DNA of 64,000 bases from Thermoplasmata archaeon (lineage in GTDB: Archaea > Thermoplasmatota > Thermoplasmata > Lutacidiplasmatales > UBA184): the NCBI GenBank assembly GCA_052326305.1, contig JBKQPJ010000019.1, forward strand, positions 15,517 through 79,516. The letters run 5' to 3'. Below the pieces are notes generated by a model, which was given only the letters and a program-made list of their open reading frames with translations, was not told the origin of the DNA and did no database searches. Both the position numbers and the translations under genes were made by a program. Below are positions 56,488 through 64,000 of this stretch, piece by piece; position 1 is the stretch's first letter; the number at the start of each line of letters is the position of its first letter.

Positions 56488-58200
56488 ATGGACGCGGCCG
56501 AGTCGACCTCCCCGGAGCGACCGTGGCTCGCCAAGTACCCTGCCGGCGTTCCCGCCCACGTCGAGGTCCCTCCCCAACTGCTGACGGAGGTCGTGGAGGA
56601 GAGCGTCCGGCGCTGGGGCGACCGTGCGGCGCTCATCTTCTACGGCGCCCGGTGGAGCTACGCGCGGTTCTGGCAGGAGAGCGAGCGGTTCGCGGCCGCC
56701 CTCGCCCGGGAGGGGATCGGCCCCGGCGACCGCGTGGCCTTGTACCTTCCGAACTGCCCCGCCTATCCGATCGCGCTGTTCGGCATCCTGCGCCTCGGGG
56801 CGATCGCGGTCCAGATCAGCCCCCTCTACCTGGGCCAGGACCTGGTCCGCCTCCTCGACGACTCCGAGCCGAAGGCGCTCGTGACCCTCGAGATCCTGTA
56901 CCCGAACCTCGCGCGCGTTGCGTCTGCGCACGCGGTGCCGGTGGTCTTCGTCGCCCGGCTGCGGGAGTTCTATCCGATGTTCGCGCGCCCGTTCGTGAAC
57001 CTCGTGCTCCACCGGCAGGGCCGGACGACCGCGTTCCCGAAGGACGGCTCGGTCCGGTCGTGGCGGAGAGCGGTCCGGGCCCCCGCGTCGGTGCCGCTCT
57101 ACCGGGGCGACCCGGCGACGACGGTCGCCGTGTTCCAGTACACCGGTGGAACGACCGGGGTCCCGAAGGCGGCGACGCTGACCCACCGGAACCTGGTCGC
57201 GAACGCCACCCAGTTGGACGCCTGGAACACCACCCGCGAACCGGGGAAAGAGGTCGTGCTCGCCTCCATCCCGTTCTTCCACATCTACGGCCTCACCGTA
57301 GCGCTGCTGCTCGGGCTGGTCGAGGGGGCGACGATCGTCCTCCAGACGCGTCCCGACGTCCCCGAGCTCCTGAAGCTCGTCGACCGATATCGCCCGACCC
57401 AGTTCTCGGGCGTCCCCTCGCTCTACCAGGCGTTCGTCCAGCGCCCCGACCTGGGAGGCTACCATCTGCGCTCGATCAAGTTCTGCATGAGCGGCTCGGC
57501 CCCTTTGCCGGCCGCCGTCCAGCGCCGGTTCGAGGAGCTCACCGGGGCGAAGCTCGTCGAAGGGTACGGCCTCAGCGAAACGTCGCCCGTCACTCACGCC
57601 AACCCGGTGAAGGGGGAGCGCCGGGCGGGCTCGATCGGTCTTCCCCTGCCCGACACCGACCAGCGGATCGTCGATCCCCTCGACCCCACCCGCACGCTCC
57701 CTCTCGGCGAAGTCGGCGAGCTCGACGTCCGGGGTCCCCAGGTGATGCTGGGGTACTACCGCCAGCCCGAGGAGACGGCCCAGGTCCTGCGGGGCGGCTG
57801 GTTCCTCACGGGCGACATCGCCCGTCTCGACGCGGACGGCTATGCCTACATCGTCGACCGGAAGAAGGACGTGATCATCGTCGGGGGCCTGAAGGTCTAC
57901 CCGCGGGAGGTCGAGGAGGTACTCCTCCAGCACCCTGCGGTCGCCGAGGCGGCGGTCGTCGGCGTACCGGACGCCGCGCATGGGGAGGTGGCGAAGGCGT
58001 TCGTCGTCGCGAAGTCCGGGTCGACCGTCACGGAAGCGGCGCTGATCGGGTTCGTGCGGGAGCGGATCGCGCACTTCAAGGCGCCCCGGTTCGTCGAGTT
58101 CCGCGACAGCCTGCCGCGCAGCGGCATCCAGAAGGTCCTGCGTCGCGCGCTGCGCGAGGGGGCCGCCGCCGCCCCGCCCCCTACAGCCCCCGCGCGATGA
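56488..58200 (+). CDS. fadD: Long-chain fatty-acid--CoA ligase
   Basis: QYTGGTTGVPK, EGYGLSE, RGPQVM.GY, TGDI, DRKKD and LPRSGIQK. Confidence 0.93.
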   Translation: MDAAESTSPERPWLAKYPAGVPAHVEVPPQLLTEVVEESVRRWGDRAALIFYGARWSYARFWQESERFAAALAREGIGPGDRVALYLPNCPAYPIALFGILRLGAIAVQISPLYLGQDLVRLLDDSEPKALVTLEILYPNLARVASAHAVPVVFVARLREFYPMFARPFVNLVLHRQGRTTAFPKDGSVRSWRRAVRAPASVPLYRGDPATTVAVFQYTGGTTGVPKAATLTHRNLVANATQLDAWNTTREPGKEVVLASIPFFHIYGLTVALLLGLVEGATIVLQTRPDVPELLKLVDRYRPTQFSGVPSLYQAFVQRPDLGGYHLRSIKFCMSGSAPLPAAVQRRFEELTGAKLVEGYGLSETSPVTHANPVKGERRAGSIGLPLPDTDQRIVDPLDPTRTLPLGEVGELDVRGPQVMLGYYRQPEETAQVLRGGWFLTGDIARLDADGYAYIVDRKKDVIIVGGLKVYPREVEEVLLQHPAVAEAAVVGVPDAAHGEVAKAFVVAKSGSTVTEAALIGFVRERIAHFKAPRFVEFRDSLPRSGIQKVLRRALREGAAAAPPPTAPAR

Positions 58201-59380
58201 GGTCGCGGGCGATCACGAGGCGCTGGATCTCGTTCGTCCCCTCGAAGATCTCGCCGATCCGGGCGTCGCGATATGCCCGTTCGACCGGGGTCCCCCGGAT
58301 GTAGCCGAGGCCCCCGTGGATCTGGAGCGCCTCGTCGACGACCTCGGACGCCCACTCGGAGGCGAGGCACTTCACGATCGCGGCCTCGCGAGTCTTCTCC
58401 TGGCGCTCGAGCCGGCCCCACTGGGCGGGTACGGTCCCCATCCGGTCCTGGCGGGCGGCGGCGTGGTAGACGAGGTGGCGGAGCGCCTCCGCCTTCATCG
58501 CCATGTCGGCGAGCTTGAACTGGATCGCCTGGTGCTCGACGATCGGGAGGCCGAACTGGGTGCGGTTCTTGGCGAACTCGAGGGCCCCGGTGGTGGCCGC
58601 CTCGATGCCGCCGAGCGACGCCGCGCCGAGGGAGACGCGACCCACGTCGAGGGCGGTCATCGCGACGTGGAACCCCTTGCCGACCTCGCCCAGCACGCAC
58701 TCCGGGCCGAGCTCGACCCGGTCGAGGATCAGCTCGGCCGTCGAGGTCCCGTGGAGCCCCATCTTCTTCTCGCACCGCCCCACTCGGAAACCCGCGGAGT
58801 CGGTGTCGACGACGAACGCGGTCACCCCGCCGTTCGGGCCGAGCTTCACGTCGTTCGCCGCCATCACGACGATCGTGTCCGCCTCGCGGCCGTTCGAGAC
58901 GTAGATCTTGTTGCCGGTGAGGGTCCAACGGTCGCCCTTCCTCTCGGCGACGGTCCGCAGAGCTCCCGAGTCGCTTCCCGAGCCCGGCTCGGTCAGGCTG
59001 AACGCGAGGAGCCTCTCGCCCCTCGCGGCGGGCACGAGCCAGCGGCGCTTCTGCTCCTCCGTCCCGTAGTAGAGGAACGGGGTCGTCCCGAGCGAGGTGT
59101 GGGCGCCGACGATCGTGCCGTGGGAGGCGTCGACCTTCCCGAGCTCTTCGAGGAAGATGCAGTAGCCGACCTTGCCGAGCCCCAGGCCGCCGTACTCCTC
59201 GGGGACCGGTATGCCGAAGTACCCCTCCTCCTGCATCCGCCGGATGCTCGCGCGGGGGAACTCCTCCGACTCGTCCATCGCCGCCACGACCGGGGCGACC
59301 TCCTTCGCGAGGAACGCCCGCGCGGCGGTCCGGAACGCCTCCTGGTCCGGGGTGAAGGAGAATTCGATCGGCATCTTCAT
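58181..59380 (-). CDS. Acyl-CoA dehydrogenase
   Basis: SLTEPGSGSD, GNKIYVSNG, KMG, RTQFG, QIHGGLGY and IFEGTNEIQR. Confidence 0.95.
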   Translation of the reverse strand: MKMPIEFSFTPDQEAFRTAARAFLAKEVAPVVAAMDESEEFPRASIRRMQEEGYFGIPVPEEYGGLGLGKVGYCIFLEELGKVDASHGTIVGAHTSLGTTPFLYYGTEEQKRRWLVPAARGERLLAFSLTEPGSGSDSGALRTVAERKGDRWTLTGNKIYVSNGREADTIVVMAANDVKLGPNGGVTAFVVDTDSAGFRVGRCEKKMGLHGTSTAELILDRVELGPECVLGEVGKGFHVAMTALDVGRVSLGAASLGGIEAATTGALEFAKNRTQFGLPIVEHQAIQFKLADMAMKAEALRHLVYHAAARQDRMGTVPAQWGRLERQEKTREAAIVKCLASEWASEVVDEALQIHGGLGYIRGTPVERAYRDARIGEIFEGTNEIQRLVIARDLIARGL

Positions 59381-60162
59381 TCCCCCCGGAACTTCGGGGG
59401 TCGGCGCTCGGCGAAGGCGGTGATCCCCTCGAGGAGGTCCGAGCTCGACAGGACCTCGTCCCGGAACAGCTCGAGCTCGAGCCGGGTCCCGTCCGCGAGC
59501 GGCCGCTCGGCTCCGCTGACGATCGCGCGTTTCGCGGCCCGTACGGCCCTCGGGGCCCGCTGGCCGATCGTGTGCGCGAGGTCCCGGGCGGCCCGGAGCT
59601 CCTGTCCGGCAGGAACGACCTTGTTCACGAGCCCGATCCGCAGCGCCTCGGCGGCCGGGATCATCGCACCGGTGAAGATGAGCTCCTTCGCCTTGGCAAG
59701 GCCGACCAGGCGGGGAAGCCGCTGCGTCCCGCCGTACGCCGGCATCAGCCCGTAGTTCACCTCGGGAGCGCCGAGCTTCGCCGACTCCCCGGCGATGCGG
59801 ATATCGCAGGCGAGGGCGAGCTCGAGCCCCCCTCCGAGCGCCAGGCCGTTGATCGCCGCGATGACGGGGACCGGTAGCGCGGCGAGGCGCGCGAAGAGCT
59901 CCTGCCCCGACCGAACGATCTCGGGGGCCTTCGAGAGGTCGAGGGTGGCCATCTCCTTGAGGTCGGCCCCCGCGCTGAAGTACTGACCGTCGCCCGCGAG
60001 GACGACCGCGCGGCACCCCGGTGCCTCCGCGATCGCGTCGACCCGGTCCGCGAGCTCGGCGAGGAGCCCCGTGGAGAGGGCGTTGACGGGGGGGTTCTTG
60101 AGGATCAGGATCTCGACGCCATCGTCCTCGCTCTTGTGGACCACCCGTTGCTCGGCCGCCAT
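59377..60162 (-). CDS. Enoyl-CoA hydratase (crotonase)
   Basis: FSAGADL, GGGLELALACD, PEV..G..P..GGTQRL, with both catalytic Glu present. Confidence 0.93.
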   Translation of the reverse strand: MAAEQRVVHKSEDDGVEILILKNPPVNALSTGLLAELADRVDAIAEAPGCRAVVLAGDGQYFSAGADLKEMATLDLSKAPEIVRSGQELFARLAALPVPVIAAINGLALGGGLELALACDIRIAGESAKLGAPEVNYGLMPAYGGTQRLPRLVGLAKAKELIFTGAMIPAAEALRIGLVNKVVPAGQELRAARDLAHTIGQRAPRAVRAAKRAIVSGAERPLADGTRLELELFRDEVLSSSDLLEGITAFAERRPPKFRGE

Positions 60163-60267
60163 CGAGGCCCGCCCCGGCACCGGAACGACCGGACGGCACT
60201 TAATGGAACCCGACGGACGGGCGTCGGACCTCGGGGGCGGTAAGTAGTCGGGCTCGGTGGTGGGCCG

Positions 60268-61437
60268 ATGGCCCGTCGCGAGCTCCTTTCGCTCTCGCTC
60301 TACTCCCTCCTCGCGAGCAACCGGGGCGGCCTGTTCGTGGTGTACCTGCCCCTCTACTTGGTCGAGGTGAAAGGGGCCACCCTTCCGATCGCGCTCGCGA
60401 TCCTGACGCTCGCCTACGTGCCCGCGAGCCTGATCGGACCATGGGTCGGTCGGCTCTCGGACAGGGCCGGCCGGCGTCGCCCGTTCCTGATCGCGGGCGA
60501 GGCCGCGGCGTTCCCGTTGTTCTTCGCGATTCTCTTCGCCCCCGGCTACCTCGCCGCGGGGTCGCTGTTCATCGCGGCCGAGCTCGCGCTGGCGATCGGA
60601 GGACCGGCGTACACGGCCTACGTCGCCGACGTCACGCCCCACGGGGAGCGGGGGTACGGGTACGGCCTCCTGAACGCCACGTCGAGCGCCGGGGGGATCC
60701 TCGGGTTCGCCCTCGCCGGTTTCGTCACGTTCACGTTCGGGTTGGCCGCGCTGTTCCCGTTCGTGGTCGTCGTCATGGTCGGGACTCTCAGCGTCGTGCT
60801 GTTCGTCGTGCCCGAGGTGAAGATCGAACCTTCGGTCCGGCGGCGTCCGTCGTTCCAGGAGGCGAAGCCGGTCGTGGCGTTCTCGGTCTCGGTGTCGATC
60901 CGGGCGATCGGGAGCGGCGCGATCGGCACGTTCTACGGGTACTACGCGGCGAGCCTCGGGGCGAACGACCTTGAGATCAGCGTCCTCGCCATCGCGGGCC
61001 TCGCCACCGCCGCGCTCGTCTCCCTTCCGCTTGGCCGACTGATCGACCGCCGCGGCGAGATCCGGGGCATCTGGTACGGGACCCTCCTTTCTCTCGTGTC
61101 GGTCGGATTCTTCGTCGTGGCCCGAGATTGGTGGACGATCATCCCCGCCCAGTCGGTGCGGATGGCCGGCCTCGCGCTCGTAGGACCCGGCATGCAGGCG
61201 TGGGTCGCCCGGATCTCGCCGCCCGGCCGTCGAGCGGAGGATATGGGGATCTTCACGCTGGTCAACTCCACGTTGTGGAGCATCGGACCGCTCGTCGGGG
61301 CGGCGGCGATCCTCGTGGCGGGATACCTGGGCCTCTTCGTGATGGCGGTCGTGACGACCGTCGTCTCCCTGATCGTCATGGAGTTCCTCTACGGGGAGAT
61401 CACCAATCGTGGAACTCCCTACAGTTCCGTGACGTAG
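60268..61437 (+). CDS. MFS transporter
   Basis: GRLSDRAGRR and GRLIDRRG loop motifs, about 12 TM helices. Confidence 0.92.
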   Translation: MARRELLSLSLYSLLASNRGGLFVVYLPLYLVEVKGATLPIALAILTLAYVPASLIGPWVGRLSDRAGRRRPFLIAGEAAAFPLFFAILFAPGYLAAGSLFIAAELALAIGGPAYTAYVADVTPHGERGYGYGLLNATSSAGGILGFALAGFVTFTFGLAALFPFVVVVMVGTLSVVLFVVPEVKIEPSVRRRPSFQEAKPVVAFSVSVSIRAIGSGAIGTFYGYYAASLGANDLEISVLAIAGLATAALVSLPLGRLIDRRGEIRGIWYGTLLSLVSVGFFVVARDWWTIIPAQSVRMAGLALVGPGMQAWVARISPPGRRAEDMGIFTLVNSTLWSIGPLVGAAAILVAGYLGLFVMAVVTTVVSLIVMEFLYGEITNRGTPYSSVT

Positions 61438-61505
61438 CCGGATGGCGGTCTCGCGGGCGGGGGTTCGGCCCTAGCATCTGCTCGGGCTCAGCGTTGATGA
61501 GAAGC

Positions 61506-61519
61506 CCCCTTCGAAGGGG
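61506..61519. terminator. Palindrome between convergent genes
   Basis: CCCCTTCGAAGGGG. Confidence 0.3.
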
Positions 61520-61597
61520 CTGGCGCCCCCCTCTCAGGGCGAACGGAGTCGCTCGGCAGAGGATTCGGACGAAGGTGGTTCGAAGGCGGGGACGGGT

Positions 61598-62626
61598 CTA
61601 CCCGGCGTCCTCGACTCTCTTCAGGACCCGGAGCGCCTTCAAGGTGATCCACTTGCTGGGCTTGCCGGGCGCCTCGATCACGAGCGGTTTGATCTTCTTC
61701 TTGTCCGGTTGGACGGTCAGCCCCGGCCCGAGATCCGGATGGGACCGGTCCATGAGCCAGCGGCCGTCGCTCCGGCGCTTCTCGATGAGGATCTTCAGGG
61801 CCGGCTTTAGCCGCCGGTCGCCCCCGAACCCGAGCTGGGTGAGCACATCGAGCCCGTCCAGAATGTCGTAGAAGTAGTGGTTCGGATAGTGGAGCCGCAG
61901 CCAGGGGGCATAGGGCCGCCCCTCCTCGAACAGCTTTCGCTCGAGATAGAACTCCGCCCCCCTCGAGATGGCCTGCTCCATCTTGGGCGAGCGTTTCGCC
62001 TTCGGCAGCGCCGCGAAGGCGGCCAGGGGCTCCCAGACGTCCAGGGTCCCCGCCGTGTCCTGGGAACAGTTCCATCCGCCGTCCTTCCGCTGGTCCTCGA
62101 GCAACCAGTCGTAGAGCTTCCGGACCCGCAGGTCGTCCGCGTACCCGAACCGGGTCAGCATGCGGGCGGTGTTCGCCGAGATGCACGCTTCCTCGTAGAA
62201 GAAGTTGAACGGGGAACTGCGTCGGAGCTTGTACTCGAAGATGAGGTCCGCGACCTTCTTGATCCGGGGGTTCGTCGCGTCGAGTCCCAGGTCCGAGAGG
62301 ACCAGGGCCCGCCAGTTCGTGGCGAGGAAGGTGGGGAAGTAGAGGAAGTTGACCCATTCCTCGACGTTCTTGGGCTCGCGCCCCTCCCAGAATCCCTTGG
62401 GCCCCTGGATCCCCAGTTGGTCGCTCGCCCAACCCACGCGGGAGATCCTCGAACGGGCCGACCGCACTTCGGGATCGTCTTCCTTGCGCTCGAGCAGGTC
62501 GACCAGTGTGTAGTATCGAACGGCCGGCTGGTCGCCTTCCAGGAGCCACGGGATGACGTTGGCGGCTTCGGCGCGGTGGATGGATTCGGATCTCTCCTTC
62601 AGGGGCGGGTAGGTCTTCGTTGTCAC
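61598..62626 (-). CDS. Prenyltransferase/squalene-cyclase-repeat (alpha/alpha barrel) protein
   Basis: WLLE..QP.VRY, Q..DGGWNC, HYP..YFYDIL, DGRW and KPSKWITL. GTG at 62626 follows GAGGGAGG. Confidence 0.82.
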   Translation of the reverse strand: MTTKTYPPLKERSESIHRAEAANVIPWLLEGDQPAVRYYTLVDLLERKEDDPEVRSARSRISRVGWASDQLGIQGPKGFWEGREPKNVEEWVNFLYFPTFLATNWRALVLSDLGLDATNPRIKKVADLIFEYKLRRSSPFNFFYEEACISANTARMLTRFGYADDLRVRKLYDWLLEDQRKDGGWNCSQDTAGTLDVWEPLAAFAALPKAKRSPKMEQAISRGAEFYLERKLFEEGRPYAPWLRLHYPNHYFYDILDGLDVLTQLGFGGDRRLKPALKILIEKRRSDGRWLMDRSHPDLGPGLTVQPDKKKIKPLVIEAPGKPSKWITLKALRVLKRVEDAG

Positions 62627-62886
62627 TGCCTCCCTCAATATATGACCCGTACTGAGGGGTGGTGGAACGCCCGTTCTGCCCGGCCCGATTCCGCGTCATA
62701 CCACCGAGAATTGAATCGGCTCGGCGAGCGCCGGCGCTTGGGGAGCACGTAGGGATTCGTTCGTCCACCCCGGAGGTTGAGTGACCTCGATGGGGTCAGT
62801 CCGCGAAGGTCCAGGTCACCCTTCCTCCTCTCAGCGGCCGAGCCCGAGGGGCGGGGGTTTAATCTAACTGTACCGGTCCGCGGGAC

Positions 62887-64000
62887 GTGCCCTCGGACCG
62901 ACGACTCGCCGCCATCATGTTCACCGACCTGGTCGGGTTCACTTCCCTGACCCAGGCGAACGAGCAGCAGGCTCTCAAACTGCTGGACACGCATTACCGG
63001 CTCCTGAGGCCCGTCTTCGCTCAACACCGCGGGCGGGAGATCAAGACCATCGGCGACTCGTTCCTGATCGAGTTCGAGAGCGCGCTCGATGCGACGAACT
63101 GCGCGATCGACGTCCAGCGACGAATCCGGGAGTACAACTCCTCCGCCCGGGAGTTGGATCGGTTTAGTCTTAGGATCGGGGTCCACCTTGGGGACGTAGT
63201 GCATGCGGGGGACGACGTCCTGGGGGATGCCATCAATATCGCCTCCCGCATCGAGCCGTTGGCCGAACCCGGGGGTGTGTGCATCTCCGAGCAGGTCTAC
63301 GCTCAGGTGCGGAACAAGGTGCCCCAGTCGTTCTCGAAGCTGGCCCCGGTCGACCTCAAGAACGTGACCTACCCGGTGGATGTCTACAAGGTGGAGCTAC
63401 CGTGGGAGAGGGCGGCCCCTCCCACCGAGCGGCCGGCACTTGAGACCTCCCGGCGCCTCGCGGTCCTTCCCCTGGCCAACATGAGCGCGGATCCTCAGGA
63501 CGAGTTCTTTGCCGACGGACTCACGGAAGAGATCATTTCGGAACTCTCGAAGGTCCCGGGGCTCCGGGTCATCGCACGAACCTCCGTCATGAGGTATCGC
63601 GGGACGACCAAGGGCGTCTCCGAGATCGGAAAGGAACTGCGCATCGGGACCGTCCTGGAGGGGAGCGTGCGACGCGCCGGGAACCGGATCCGGGTGACCG
63701 CGCAACTGATCGACGTGGGGACCGAGGAACACCTCTGGTCCGAGAAGTACGATCGCGAGCTCGTCGACGTGTTCGCGATCCAAACGGAGATCGCGAAGGA
63801 GGTCTCGACCGCGCTCCATCTCGCGCTGCCTCCCACTCCCGCGACCCGGCGACGACCCCCGCTCAACCTCAACGCGTACAAGGCCTATCTCCGCGGCCGG
63901 TACCTTTGGAACCGTCGCAGCGACGAGCAGGTCCGAGCCGCGCTCACCTCGTTCGAGGAAGCGCTCCGACTCGACCCGCAGTTCGCGGAGGCCAGTTCGG
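62887..64000 (+). CDS. Class III adenylate/guanylate cyclase + TolB-like + TPR protein (3' truncated)
   Basis: RRLAAIMFTDLVGFT, KTIGD, RIGVHLGD, GDAINIASRI and LAVLPLANMS...FADGLTEE. TTTAAT upstream. Not in the ORF track because it has no stop in the window. Confidence 0.93.
   Translation, partial: MPSDRRLAAIMFTDLVGFTSLTQANEQQALKLLDTHYRLLRPVFAQHRGREIKTIGDSFLIEFESALDATNCAIDVQRRIREYNSSARELDRFSLRIGVHLGDVVHAGDDVLGDAINIASRIEPLAEPGGVCISEQVYAQVRNKVPQSFSKLAPVDLKNVTYPVDVYKVELPWERAAPPTERPALETSRRLAVLPLANMSADPQDEFFADGLTEEIISELSKVPGLRVIARTSVMRYRGTTKGVSEIGKELRIGTVLEGSVRRAGNRIRVTAQLIDVGTEEHLWSEKYDRELVDVFAIQTEIAKEVSTALHLALPPTPATRRRPPLNLNAYKAYLRGRYLWNRRSDEQVRAALTSFEEALRLDPQFAEASS

Noticed and set aside
54757-58074. 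Very long antisense ORFs (1105 aa here, also 13067..16009, 18582..20618, 4813..6825 and others)
   Set aside because: These are shadow frames of real genes in high-GC DNA. They are R/G/P-rich, motif-free and opposite clearly recognisable proteins.

Overview
A high-GC (roughly 70% by eye) archaeal chromosome segment. The archaeal class I CCA-adding enzyme, two TBP genes, Cdc6/Orc1, TATA-box promoters and thermopsin-type 'TFxETGLPxGTxW' surface repeats point to Thermoplasmatota, most plausibly a soil or peat Thermoplasmata lineage (inference). Housekeeping blocks are tbp-tatD-tmk-cdc6-lipA, cca divergent from an AmmeMemoRadiSam radical SAM gene, a UbiD + aconitase X pair (archaeal modified mevalonate pathway, here with the AcnX subunits fused) and a fatty-acid beta-oxidation cluster. 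These alternate with accessory genes: methyltransferases, GNATs, DMT transporters, VOC/START/NTF2 folds, zinc-ribbon membrane proteins, AAA-TPR proteins and an adenylate cyclase-TPR protein. I found no tRNA, rRNA, CRISPR array, integrase or transposase. The best candidates for something undescribed are: (1) a TATA-driven, ORF-free, four-hairpin RNA of about 190 nt at 43848-44038; (2) the single-chain phosphomevalonate dehydratase; (3) two TBP paralogs that both carry tandem TATA boxes 12 nt apart; (4) a DUF35 gene that has no canonical start and is in frame with the thiolase. Two apparent single-base homopolymer frameshifts suggest possible assembly indels. All functional calls come from motif recognition by eye, not from database searches.
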